A stretch of 64,000 nucleotides of DNA from a virus (Duplodnaviria > Caudoviricetes): IMG/VR virus record IMGVR_UViG_3300031555_004891; one strand, 5' to 3'. The notes beneath the pieces were generated by a model that made no database searches, was not told where the DNA came from, and saw only the letters and a list, made by a program, of their open reading frames with translations. Positions 21,138 to 34,536 of this stretch are shown here, in pieces. A program made the translations under genes and the position numbers. Within the stretch, counting starts at the first letter, position 1. The number at the start of each line of letters is the position of its first letter.

Positions 21138-24100
21138 ATGCCTAAAATTATAACACAACATAGACGTGGAACAACTGAAGAATGGTTAGCCTCTGATGTA
21201 AAACCAAAAGCTGGTGAGCTCGTTATTGAAGAAACTGATCAGTGTATATCTAGAACAATTATAGATACTGAAACATCAGCTGAAACAACTGTAGATACTT
21301 AGGTTATCAAGGTTAAAATCGGTGATGGGGAACATTATTTCGCAGACCTTCCATATGTAACTTCGCAATCAGATAAAAATATCGAGCTTTTAACAAAAGA
21401 AATAAATGATATAATTAAAGCTGATACTGAGAATTCTGATAACACATATCATGCTAGCGAACTTAAAGATATAAGAATCGGTTATGATGGTATCGAACAT
21501 GATACTGCTGGTGATGCTGTTAGAGCTATTGGCGAAGATGTTTCAAGCTTGAGAGGTAGCTTACAAAAATTTATAAATGCTGATGCGGTTGATGGGTTAT
21601 TCTACGAAGACAGCAAGCTGTATTTGACAGCTGATGGCGTAATCGTATCGGATCCAGTAACTATTGTTGGAGGCTCTGGCGGAGGTGGTGGAACATCTAG
21701 CTCAATAAATATAAAATTAAAGAGCTTAAATGATTCTAATACATTCTCAGTAACAGAAGATAGTGCTGTAAATTTGAAATTTAATTTTATATCTGAAGAA
21801 GATGGCGAATCTACAGGCGAAGGTACTTGTATAATCATGGTAAATGGCTTACAGAAGAAACGCTATTCTATACCTCAGGGCGATAATACTTTAGATGTAA
21901 CTAGTTATCTAGCACCAGGTGATAACTCAATTAAAATAACCTGCTCAGATATCTATGGTAATTCTAGAACTTTAGTATACTCAATAACTGTAATTGAGTT
22001 AGAATTATCTTCTACATTTAACCCTTATGTTCCTTATAGTTCAGATATAGATTTTAGATATAAAGCTGTTGGTCTAGTAACTAAAACAGTGCATTTTGAA
22101 ATAGATGGAACTGCAGTTGGAAAAGCTACATTATCAGAAAGTTCTTCTGGTAAAGAAACAAAACAGGTAATTTCTGTAGCAAACTTATCTCATGGTGTAC
22201 ATAGATTAGATGTTTATGCTACAGCTGACCTTGATGGGTCTCCAGTAGAAAGTAATCATTTAATTTACGATGTGCTAATAACAGTAGATCAAGAAACAGC
22301 TCCTATGATAGCATCTATTTATGAAACAAAACAGATAAATGAGGGTGATATGGTATCTATTCCATACCTCGTTTATGATCCAAATGATGCTATCTGCAAT
22401 GTAACTCTAGAAATAACTTATATAGAAAACGGTGAAACAAAACTCTATAGTTCAAAAAATGTAGAAGTAGATCAATCTCTACAAACCTGGGCTACTAGAG
22501 ATTATCCAGCTAAAAATTCTGTAATCTTTTCTATTAAATACGAAAATTTAGTAAAGAGTCATACTGTAAAAGTTGTTGAAAGTAATATTAAAGTTTCTGC
22601 TGAAGAAGGTGCTTCCTTATTCTTAAGCGCTAAGGGTAGAAGCAATAATGAAGCTAATCCGAATGTTTGGGAATACACTAACCCAGAAACTAATAACACT
22701 ATAACTACAGATTTCAATGATTTTAACTGGTCATCAAACGGCTGGGTTTTAGATGATAATAAAGACACTTGCTTAAGAATAAATGGTGGTGCTACTGCTG
22801 TTGTTAATTTAAGTCCTTTTGCAAATCTAGATGATCAACTTAATATTTATGGTAAAACAATTGAGTTTGAATTTGCAGTTAGAGATGTTAATGACCGTGA
22901 AACTGTAATTATAGATTGCTCTACAACTAAAGATGTTACTTATGATAAGACTGAAGAAGATGCAGAAGGTAACAAAACTACTACAACTGTAACAGAAAAG
23001 CGAACAATTGGTATAAAAGCTACAGCAGATACTGCTATGCTAGGTACAGCTTTAGATCAAGTAACTTGCAATTACAGAGAAAGTAAAAAAGATGATCTTG
23101 AAAAAATAAGAATATCTTTTGTAATTGATAGTAAAGTTGCTGGTTCAGATAGATTTATCTATTCTTATTTAAATGGTGTTTTATCTAGCGTATTTAGATA
23201 TACTGAGCAAGATAGCTTTAACTCAAATACAGCTATAAAGCTCGGTGACGTTGGTTGTACTTTAGATTTATATACTATTCGAGTATATAACAAAGCTTTA
23301 ACTGCTAAAGAAATACTTAATAACTATATAGCAGATACTACAGATATCGGTACTAAACTTGAGGTTTATGCTGATAATGATATATATGATAAATATGGAA
23401 ATCTTTCTTATGAAAAATTAAAAGGAAAGATACCTACTATCACCTTTATCGGAAAAATGCCTGCATATAAAGGTGATAAGAGAATCGTTAAGATGGATTT
23501 TGAAAATCCGTTTGATAAGTCTAAAAATTTCAGTAATGTGTATGGTGGACCTATTGATGTGCAAATTGATGTTCAAGGTACATCTTCGCAATATTATGTT
23601 CGTAAAAACTGGAAAATAAAACTTGGTTACGATTCTGAGGGTAATAAGGTTAAAAATTTCCCTGCTTATCAACACATGGACAACGAATTACCAGCTAAAG
23701 TATTCTGTATCAAAGTAGACTATGCAGAAGGTACTGGTACTCATAACACCCAAAACGCTAACTTTGTAGAAACTTTATATTATAATAAAATACCTGCTCA
23801 ATATGATACACCTGAAGTGCGTACAACAATCACAGGTTTCCCTTGCGTAATATTTGAGAGAGCTGATTTCGATAGCGAGCCTGTTTTCTCTTCTAAAGGT
23901 AATTTTAACTTCGATAAGGGTGCAGAAGACGCATTTGGCTTTAATAGTGATTATGATGTAGAATGCTGGGAATTCTGTAACAATACATCTAAACCATGTA
24001 ATTTCTTAGGTGAAATTGATTCTTCTAAAAATTGGTTAGATGATTTCGAGCCTAGATACACACCATATGATTTTGATAGACTCGAAGAATTAGAAGATTT

Positions 24101-27100
24101 GCAAGAAGAAGCAAGTAAAGAAAATGCTACTGCTGTTATTACACCAGATGAGCAATCTGAGCTTGCAACTTTGAGATATAACATGATTGCAAGATTTAAG
24201 AAAATGCATGATTGGGTTGTATCTACAAAAGATAATATCCAAAAATTCAAAGACGAATTCACTGATTATTTTGATTTGCATTATTGCTTAATATATTATA
24301 TTTACACATTTGTTGCTCTCATGGTTGACCAACGTGCTAAAAACATGTTTTTAACTTATTGGGCTGAGCGCATAACTGTAAATGATGATGGCTATTGGCA
24401 AATAAGTGGTGTTGATACTGAGTATTATGCTGGTAACTATGATGGTATAAAAGTTAAAGATAATACATGGTATGTAATACCTAAAGGTGAGTCTGAGAAT
24501 CAAGATGCTTGGATACAGGTTTTAATAGATAATAAACCTGTTATAGCTGGTCATTGGTATCCATATTTCTACGATAACGATACCTCTTGGGGTATTAATA
24601 ACACTGGTTATTTAGTATTTGATTACTATCACGAAGATATTGATACTTATGGATCAGGTGTTAACGTATACAATGGTCAAAATTCTACATTATGGGTTAA
24701 CTTTAGACAGGCATTTGGCGCTGAAATTGCTGAAATGTATGCTAAACTCAGAAGTGATGAAAAAATTACTTATGATGCTATTGTTAATCAGATTATTGAA
24801 GATGGCTCAAGTAGATTTAGCGCTTCTATATATAATGAAGATGCTGAGTATAAATATTTATCTATGGCTAGATATATTGATGAAGACACTGCTGTAAACA
24901 CTTCTAACTTATATCAGGTTAAAGGTAATGGTGAGCATCACTTAAAATATTTTGTAGAAAACAGAATTAAATATTGTGATAGTAAGTGGGATACAGCTGA
25001 TTATAAAGCAGACAACTACATTGATTTACGTGTTAATACACCACCTTCTACTGAGAGCACAACTCAAGTAGTTCCACCTAGTCCTTTAATTACCATTAAA
25101 CCTTATTCTGATATGTATTGCAGAATCAAGTATGGTTCCTCACTTTCTGGACCTTTTAGATTAACAGCAAACGAAGAGAAAACTTTTGGTGATGGAATTG
25201 CAATCACTGCAAATGATACTGAAACACAAATCTTCGGTGCTAGTGAAATAACTGACTTAGGTGATTTATCGCCTTTATATTGTCAACGTTGTTATATATC
25301 TGCTGCAACAAAACTTACTAGATTGCAGTTAGGTAATAGAACAAAAGGTTATTATAATAATAACTTAACAGAATTAGATTTTGGTAGTAATACACTATTA
25401 AAATATGTAGATATCAGTAATTGCTCAGGTTTAACTGGCTCTATTGATATTAGTGCATGTCCTAATATTGAAGAAGTTTATGCTCATGGTACTAAAATAT
25501 CGAGTGTAAGTTTACCTGCAGCTGGTTATTTGCAAAAATTATACTTACCTGAAACTTTGGTAGATTTTACTTTAAAAAATCAGCATAAGATAACTACTGA
25601 AAATGTTATCATTGGATCAGAAGACGCTATTAATTGTTCGAACATAACAAAATTAACTATAGCAAATTGTCCTAATCTAGATGCTACTAGCATATTTAGA
25701 GCTTGCTTAAATTCTGATTTAACAACAAATTTAACTAACGTATATATAACTGGTATAGATTGGACTATAAATGATTGGTCTGATTTGAGAAAACTTTATG
25801 CTCCAAAAGCATCTAGTATAGAAGCTGGTGATTATTATGTTGGTGAAAATGGAAATTACTGGAAGAAGAGCTATGCAGAAGGTATTAGCGATACTGATAC
25901 TGGTATTGTATCTGATGCTGGAACAGGTTATGGCTTAAAAGGTCTTGACTTGCAAGGTAACTCAATAGATTACCTAAATATTGTTGGTAAGTGTACAATA
26001 AATCAAGACATGAGCGGCGAAAACATGGCGGAACTTGCTAAATATCTCCCTTATGTAGAATTTGTTATTGGTGAAGAATATAAGCTTACTTCTGTTGTTA
26101 CTTTCAAAGATAACAGTGGTAACACATTGCATGTAGAAACAATTGAAACCAACTATACAAAAGACATTACATGTCCAGATCCAACTGAAAATGTATTAGA
26201 GATACCTACTAGAGAAAGCACTTTAGTTTATGATTATGTATTTGCTGGTTGGAGTAGAAACAATTCTTATAATGCGTTACCTCAAGCTGATGCTTTAATA
26301 AACATATTAGGTAACAGAACCCTTTATCCTGCTTTTACATCTATTCTAAGAAAATATCCAGTAGAATTTTACAATCAAGAAACTTTCTTAGAAAGAATTG
26401 AGAATGTACCTTTCTATGATACTGCTGTTTATAGCGGAGAAGAGCCACTTAAATATCCAGAAGATGCAGATAAGTCTGAGTATTATCCATTTGCTGGTTG
26501 GCTTCCTGCCCCAACAGTTGTAGAAGATGAGATATCTGATGATGGTGTTGTAAAATGCTACGCTCAATTTAAAACAATTGATGAGCAATGGGAAATTCCA
26601 ACTTTAGCTGAAATTACTTATACTAGAGATGATTCTGCTAAAACGCTTCAAATTACTGGTAGAGATACTGATTGGAGCGATCAACCTAATGTATTTGTTT
26701 CTTTAGATTCTACTTTTACAGTAGAAGATAAGGGTGAGTATTCTATAACTGAGATTGGTGGTTTCCATGATTTCGCAGATTTATAGCTTATTAAATTACC
26801 TGATACTTTACAAAAATTAAATAATGTTAAAGTAGAAGAAAATGGTTTAGAAGTTTATAAAGGAACTTTCCAAAACTGTCCTAAATTACAAAATGCTGTT
26901 ATTCCTGAAAACGTAACACATGTTGGACCTTTAACATATGCTTATAACACTGGTTTGAAAAAAGTAGAATATAGAGCTAAAAATGCTTCTGCTTCAGAAT
27001 GTACTTATGGAGCAAGTCCATTTAGAGGTTCGAAATCAGAAAGCGGTTTCGAGTTAACTATTGGAAAAGATGTTGAGGTTATTCCTGACTACATGTTCCA

Positions 27101-28328
27101 TGAATATTCGCCAGCTGAAACTTTAAGCACTATAAATAACATAGAATGGGAAGAAGATAGCAAATGCACAAAAATTGGTAAATATGCATTCTCGAGATCA
27201 AATATAAAACATTTATCGCTTCCAACTAGCCTTACTTACATAGACTCAAATGCTTTCGAAGTAAATGATTCTATAGAAGAATTAAGTTTCCCAGAAACAG
27301 TTAATGGTTTATATTTAGGTCCTAATGCTTTCACTAGATGGTCAAAACTCAAGAAGTTGCATATTTCTTCGAGCATAACTAATATTTAGGATATCACATT
27401 TGCTCAATTACCTGCGTTAGAAGAAATCACTTCTGATAACTCAAGATATTAGATATTAAATGGCTGCTTAGTTGATACTGAAAATACTGATGGTTACACG
27501 CTTATGAAAGCATGTCTTTCTGGTAAAGTTAATGGTTCTATTAAAAAGATAGGATCGAATGCTTTTGACTCATTACCAATAACTAGTATGGAGATAACTG
27601 AGGGTGTTGAAAAGCTAGATAATTATGCATTCTATTTCTGTGGTAATTTAGAGAATGTAACATTACCATCAACTTTAACTTATATAGGATCTCAAGCATT
27701 CTATCAATGCTCTAAATTAACTGAGTTATATATTCCTGATGCAGTAACACATATAGGAAGTTATGCTTTAGCTAGAACAAATATTAACTATATAACATTA
27801 CCTGCAAACTTAAAGAAAATATCTGATAACTTATTTAAATATTCTAATGTTATAGGAATAAACTTTAATGATGGTTGTATAACAGATACTATTGAGAATT
27901 AGGCTTTCTCATATTGCTATAAATTATCTTCTATAGCATTACCTAATTCTATAATATCTTTAGGTTACTCTGCATTTGAGGAAGATTATAATTTAACTTC
28001 TATCAAACTATCAGAAGGTATAACAAAAATACATCCTAAAACTTTCAAAAATACTGGTATAACAGAAATTCGAATTCCAGATTCTGTAACAGAATTTACT
28101 AGCACAGAAGATGGATCAGAATCTCAATATGGTGCTTTCCATAACTGTGTGAAATTAAGAAAAGTTTACTTAGGTGCAAATACTAGAATATTATCACCTT
28201 ATACTTTTGTTGGTTGCGATAATATTGAAATACATACACCTTTAGTCGAAGCTGACCTACCAGAAGGCTGGGCTACAGGTTGGGGAGCAACTAATTATAA
28301 TGTTATATTCGAATCTACGGGAGAATAA
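21138..28328 (+). CDS. Giant virion-associated protein, 2396 aa (5 TAG): Mtd_N-like, Ig-like, LamG-like, CotH-kinase-like, LRR, InlB-B-type repeats, BspA-type LRRs
   Basis: ATG 21138; TAG at 21300, 26784, 27387, 27450 and 27900; TAA 28326. Motifs KIGDG..FADLPY, MVDQRAKNMFL, WYPYFYDNDTSWG, Y.FAGW, and repeated LPSTLTYIGSQAFYQC. Confidence 0.85.
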
Positions 28329-28330
28329 TT

Positions 28331-29020
28331 ATGTATAAAGTTATTTATAAAAATTATATAATTGATGTTTTAACTGATGTTAAATATCTTCGCTACATAA
28401 CTAAAACTAGTAGGTTCACTAGAACAGATAAAACTAGTGCAGATGCATGCTATGCTTCGGATAACAAAACAATCTATTTGCTTCAGGGTAGAAGATGCCC
28501 TGAAGCAATTGGATATAAAGTTGTTAGATTATTTGAAATAACTAACTCAGAATATGAAAATATAAAGCATCTTATTAAAAAAGACTTTATTGTTTACTCT
28601 GATCCAGGTGTATTAGAAAAAACAAAAGAAGATAAGCTTAAGGAATTGAGTGAAGCCTGCAATAAAGCTATAACAGATGGTGTTAAAGTTTTATTTGATG
28701 ATAATAGATATCATGATTTTAAGTTAACAGTAGAAGATCAATTAAATTTAGTTATGTTAGAAAAACAAATAGAAGCTGGAGCAAAACAAGTGGTCTACCA
28801 TGAGACAAATTAGATTTGTAAACTATTTTCAGCTGAAAACATTGCTAAATTAATTAGTACGGCAAATAAACATAAACATTATCACACAACATATTATAAC
28901 TTACTTAAAGGATATATTAAGAGTTGTTTTTCTGTTGAGAGAGTAAATGAAATAACTTATGGGATAGACCTTAAAACATTAAATATCGATAAAGAGTTAT
29001 TGAAATTATTGGGAGATTAA
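28331..29020 (+). CDS. DUF4376-like tail fibre assembly/accessory protein, 229 aa (1 TAG)
   Basis: KLKELSEACNKAITDG...EDQLNL...HTTYYN.LK.YI...ITYG. Reads through TAG 28811 to TAA 29018. Confidence 0.7.
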
Positions 29021-29022
29021 TT

Positions 29023-29328
29023 ATGGCTACAAAAATAATATTAACTCATGATATCGAAGCTAATTGGAATATCGATAAGAGTAATGTTTAGACTTTAGAA
29101 CCAGGTAGAGTTATTATATATGACTCAGAAGTTTCTAAAGACGCTACTGGTAATGACATTATAGCTAAATTACCAGAAGGTCGAGCTAAACCATATAAAC
29201 ATGCTAGAATTAAAATTGGGGATGGCGTAACACCCATCTCTGATTTACCATTTGCGACAGACGCTGCTATAGAAGATTATTTTCAAGCAGAAAAGGGTAT
29301 TATATATGCAGATGGTGGAAGAATATAA
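29023..29328 (+). CDS. Minimal Mtd_N-like adaptor, 101 aa (1 TAG; missing from the ORF track)
   Basis: SD GGGAG. MATKIILTHDIEANW...IIYD...RIKIGDGVTPISDLPF...IIYADGGRI. TAG 29089. Confidence 0.8.
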
Positions 29329-29409
29329 AAATAAAGAACAGTTAGAGTTGGAATTGATACTTTAACTAAGTTCCTAAATTTTGGAAAGATAAATTGAAAG
29401 GAGCTAAAA

Positions 29410-31872
29410 ATGGCGCAAAGAGAAATTAAGACTCGTGTCATAAATAAACATGACACAGCAGCTAACTGGAATAATGCTTCGTCTTTCATACCGAAAAAAG
29501 GTGAGCTTATTATCTATGATACAGATAGTACTCATACCTATGAAAGATTTAAGATTGGTGATGGTGAAACTAACGTAGTAGAATTACCTTTTGCTACAGC
29601 AGGCGAAGCTGATAAATTAAAAACAGCTAGAACGATTTCACTCACAGGTGATGTAACTGGTAGTACTACCTTCGATGGTAGTGGTAATGTTTCGATAACA
29701 GCTACTGTTGCAGATAACTCACATAATCACACCAATTATGTAAACCAAAATGCTTTTAGCAATGTAAAAGTTGGTTCTACTACAGTTGCTGCTGATACTA
29801 CTACTGATACTTTAGAATTAGTAGCTGGAAGCAATATTACAATAACACCTGATGCAACAAATGATAAAATTACTATTGCAGCTACAGATACTGTTTATAC
29901 ACACCCTACACATACTGCAGCTGCAAGCGGTTTATATAAAGTAACAGTAGATAATAAAGGTCATGTAACTGGTACTTCTGCTGTTGCTAAATCTGATATA
30001 ACTTCTTTAGGTATTCCAGCTCAAGATACAACTTCTTTTACTATCACAGCTGCTGCTAGCGATGATGATGTTGTTGTACTTAGTGGAACAAATGGTACAA
30101 ATAAAGTTACTTATAGCGCTAGCCATGCTACAAAAGGTCCAAGCACAACTGCAAGTACAACAAAAGGTGCTACTGCTGATGTAACCGTAACAGCTGGTGC
30201 AGGAGCTAAAACAATAAAAGTTCCTAAAGTAACAGTAGATAAATATGGTCACACAACTGGGTTGACTGAGTAGACTTTATCTATCACAGTACCTGCTACA
30301 CCTACAGCATTAAAAAATCCTAATGCTATAACTATCGGTGGAAAAACTTATGATGGTAGCTCTGCTGTATCTGTAACAGCTGCAGATTTAGGTATTGATA
30401 ATGCATTACACTTTATCGGTACAACTACAACAGGAATTTCTGATAATTCTACGACAGCGTCTGTTACTATTGATGGTGCTAGCCATACTGCAATAGCTGG
30501 TGATGTTGTTTTATATAGCAATAATGAGTACGTATTTGATGGAAGTAAATGGTTAGAATTAGGTGATGGATCAAGCCACGCCTTAAAAACTGTAACAATC
30601 ACAGCTGGTAATGGTTTGACTGGCGGTGGTGATCTTAGCACTAATAGAACATTAGCTGTTGGTGCTGGTAATGGTATCACTGTTGCCGCTGATAGCGTTT
30701 CAGCGAAAGCCGGTAATGGTATTACTGTAGACTCTACTGGTATTAATCACGCAGATACCTCATCACAAGCAAGCGTAACAGCAAGCGGCAGAAAATATGT
30801 TACAGGTGTTACACTCGATACATATGGACACGTTACAGGCTTAACTACAGGAACAGAAACTGTTACAGATACAGGTGCTACTAGTATAACAACAAGCGGC
30901 GATGGTAATGCGGTGACGAGCGGTTCTTATGACAGCTCAACTAGAAAAATAACTTTAACTAAAGGTAATTCATTCTTACCACTTTCCGGTGGTTCATTGG
31001 ATACTAATGCAAAAATCAAGCTTAATACTTATGGAAGACGTTTCTTGGAAATTAGTGGTAACAATATTACTGCTGATATGAGTAATGAAACTGGCGGTTG
31101 GGCAGGTAGTTTTGCTGCAGTAAAAGATCCTGCAGGTGATACGACTACAATGCTTGGTTGGTATGGAAACGCTTCAGGATTAAATAATATCTATATGGGT
31201 GGTACTTATAGCGATCCATATATGAGCATGACAAAAGCTGGTCAGTTTAGTTTTAAAAATAGACCTACTATTGATGGTGTTGCAGTTGCATTACAGGGTG
31301 AAGTAACTGGACCAACCGGTCCTACAGGAAGTACTGGTGCGACTGGCCCTACTGGCCCTGCGGGTGGTACTGGTGGAACTGGTCCTCAAGGACCCACTGG
31401 TGCGACTGGTCCTGCTGTTGCTTATTATGCTACCGGTACTAGCAGTAGTACATCTGCTGCATGCGTAGCTTCATGCTCAGGATTTTCTTTAGCAACTGGT
31501 AGAGTTGTTGCTGTTAAATTATGCACAGCACATAGTAGCGGAACTATGACTTTAGATGTAAATAGTACTGGTGCAAAATCATGTTAGTATGGTGGCTCAA
31601 CTACTATTCCTGCTCTTGATGTTAATAAAGTTTATCAATTTGTATACGGTGGAAGTTATTATCAATTAATTGGTGAAATCGATACTGATTCTAATAGCGA
31701 TACAAAAGTTAGCTATGTATCAACAACAACTTCTGCCGAATATCCATTAATATTTAAATACTCAACAGGTACGACTACAACAGCTGCTAATGTTAGATTT
31801 AATAGCGCAATAACAATTAATCCATCTACAGGTAAACTAACAGGTGTTGTTATTGATGACGGCGAACTTTAA
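29410..31872 (+). CDS. Tail fibre protein, 820 aa (2 TAG), with Mtd_N-like domain and short collagen-like stretch
   Basis: Joined at TAG 30271 and 31585. ADKLKTARTISLTGDVTGS..FDGS, VTVD.YGHVT and GPTGxT repeats. Ends VIDDGEL. Confidence 0.85.
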
Positions 31873-31905
31873 TAAAAATTAAATATACAGATAGGGGTCT
31901 ATTAT

Positions 31906-32280
31906 ATGGTAACAATTTCAAATAATGGATTCATATCACTTACACGGGGTGATTCTTTCTCAGTTCCTTTATTTATTAATATGGGAACTGGGATGGCTCC
32001 AGTTAGATATAGTCTGTTGGAACATCCCGAAACAGAAATTTATTTAGGTGTTATGGAGCCAAATCAGCCTTTTGAAAAGGCTTTAATAAGAAAAAAATAT
32101 ACATACGAATCGAGATTTAATGAGAATGGTGATTTAATGATCGATTTTACTGGTACAGATACAGAATATTTAGTTCCAGGAAAATACTTTTACCAAATTA
32201 AAGCTAAATTTATAGATAAAGAAACTGGAATTAATGTGGATACAATAGTATCTAAAAAACAATTTATAGTAAGAGACTGA
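31906..32280 (+). CDS. BppU-N-like fibre anchor/adaptor, 124 aa
   Basis: ISLTRGDSF...DTEYLVPGKYFYQIK...VDTIV. Confidence 0.65.
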   Translation: MVTISNNGFISLTRGDSFSVPLFINMGTGMAPVRYSLLEHPETEIYLGVMEPNQPFEKALIRKKYTYESRFNENGDLMIDFTGTDTEYLVPGKYFYQIKAKFIDKETGINVDTIVSKKQFIVRD

Positions 32281-32291
32281 GGAATCTAAAT

Positions 32292-32612
32292 ATGGATTAT
32301 ATTTACGGTGAAATAAGCAAATCAGTGCAAAAAGTCACATACACAGGTGTTCAGTCAGATACTGCTAATGTACTAATAGATAATGACAATAACACAATAA
32401 AGGTTGACGTAAATAAATTTTCATTCGATTCTTTAGATATACCACTTCCTGAAGAAGATGGAATTTATTTATTAAGAGCAACTATAAAAAATGGAAAAGC
32501 AGTTTATGACTGGGTATCTGAACATAGATATTTATGTACATTACCAATAGCTGGTCAAGATACGATTAGCAGTGGTACAGTAATAGCTGGAAATGTGGTG
32601 ACAGGGGATTAA
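32292..32612 (+). CDS. Fibre-associated protein, 106 aa
   Basis: ORF with SD. PEEDGIYLLRATIKNGKAVYDW motif. Confidence 0.7.
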   Translation: MDYIYGEISKSVQKVTYTGVQSDTANVLIDNDNNTIKVDVNKFSFDSLDIPLPEEDGIYLLRATIKNGKAVYDWVSEHRYLCTLPIAGQDTISSGTVIAGNVVTGD

Positions 32613-32617
32613 AATAA

Positions 32618-34522
32618 ATGGCAACAAAAATCGAATATACAAATACAAATATATACGAACAATACGAGCCTATAATCTGGAAGGATAACGAAACGCCATT
32701 AAACTCTGAAAACTTAAATCATATTGAGCAGGGTATTTCTAACGTTTCTAAAGTTGTTCTTAATTATTATAGTAGAACTGTTGATCTAGAATCAGAAGTC
32801 TTTGTAGTAGTAGAAGAAAATGGTTTATTGCAACCTAAATCAGAAATTAAATTATTAAGATCTGATGTTACTGCTCTTCAAAAAGATTTAGGCGAAGTTC
32901 ATAACGCACTTTTAGTAGAAATGATAGATTCGAAAGGTAATGCTGAAATGGTGCAGCTCGGCGAAGCTGTTAGAGAATTACTTATCGAATTTGCTAGCAT
33001 TTTAACTGAGTTAGATAGAATTGAAGAGGTTAAAGGTCTTCAAGATGAAATAAAAAACACAACTGCAGGTTTAACAGAAGAAGAAATAATCAGAAGAAAC
33101 GCTGATAACGAAATTAACGCTAAAATAGCTGAATTAGAAGCAGCTTTAGGTACTTCTGGAACTAATACAACTGCTAAATTTGCGGAAATAGAGGAAGCTT
33201 ATAAAGCAGCAGATGCAGAGTTATCTAAGAAAGTTTAGGATGAAATTCAACCAAAAATTGATCAAGTAAGTGCTGATGTTGCTACATTAAGTACCACTCA
33301 CGAAGCAGATAAAACAGCTCAAGCTTCTATTGATGCTACTCAAGATAGTAAAATAGGTGTATTAGAAACATCAATAAAAACTAAAGCAGATAAAGCTACA
33401 ACTTTAGCTGGTTATGGAATTACAGATGCATATACATAGGTAGAAGTAAATAGCTTTATCGATATTATTAATGAAAATTTAATAGATAATTACGCTACAA
33501 AAGAAAATGTAAGCGAAGAAATAGATAAAATAGATTTAAGTCCATACGCTACTAAAGAAGCTTTAACTTTAAGTACTACCATAACAGAAGATTTAGTTAC
33601 TACTACTGGTGTTGGAACGCTTCCAGCAGGTACAAATCTTAAAGGTATGACTTTGATAGATGTAATTAAAAAATTACTTTGTCAAAATTTAGGTGTAGCT
33701 ACTTATCCAACTTTCACAGAGCCTTCTATAAATGTTGTCTTAGATGAAACAACAGCCATATATGGTACATCTTTCACCACTACAGGTCATGTCACAGCTA
33801 ATAGAGGTTTAATTAATCCAGCATATTCTGTTGGTGGAAGCGCTTATAGAGCTGGTGAAGTTATTAAATATACTGTTAACGGTGAAGATCAAGTTTCTAA
33901 CGAACTAACTTATGATTTCAATCTTACTATTGATAAAGTCGAAGCTGGAATAAATGAAGTCAAAGTATCTGTTACGTTTGCTCAAGGTCCTCAGCCATTA
34001 GATAGTAATGGTGTTAATTATGATAGTCCATATCCAGAAACAACTATAGAAGAAATTTTAACAGTAAATGGTTTAGTTATGGCTTATAGTGGGTCGAGTG
34101 GAGATTCTGTAAGTCAAAATTCTACAGAAATTATAACTGATGATACTGCTTATAATAAATCTGGTTTCTTCGAAGTTGCTGACGAATCTGGTAATGTAAC
34201 AGAATCTGGTTATCAAAGCGTTGTTCCTGCTGTAGAAGTAGATCCTGAAACTTATGCACCTTTAGCTGGATAGGTTGTATTAATCCCAGAATCTCAAAAG
34301 CTTATTGGAATTAAGTATTGGGATGAATTAGGTCAAGCATGGAGCTGGTATGGTAATATATCTGCAGAAGATTCTTTGACTCACGAATGGAAAAATGTTG
34401 GAACATAGGAAATAGAAATAACAGAAGGAACTAGTGTTACTTATACAAAATATGAATTTGATATATCAGATCCATACGCTGTATTTGGCGCAGAATCTTA
34501 CTGGAGATTTGTAATAGAATAA
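32618..34522 (+). CDS. Fibre segment protein, 634 aa (4 TAG)
   Basis: W..N.TPLNSENLNHIEQGI N-terminus, coiled coil, KATTLAGYGITDAYT(Q) fibre repeat. Ends YWRFVIE at TAA 34520. Confidence 0.8.
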
Positions 34523-34536
34523 GGAGAATTATATAG

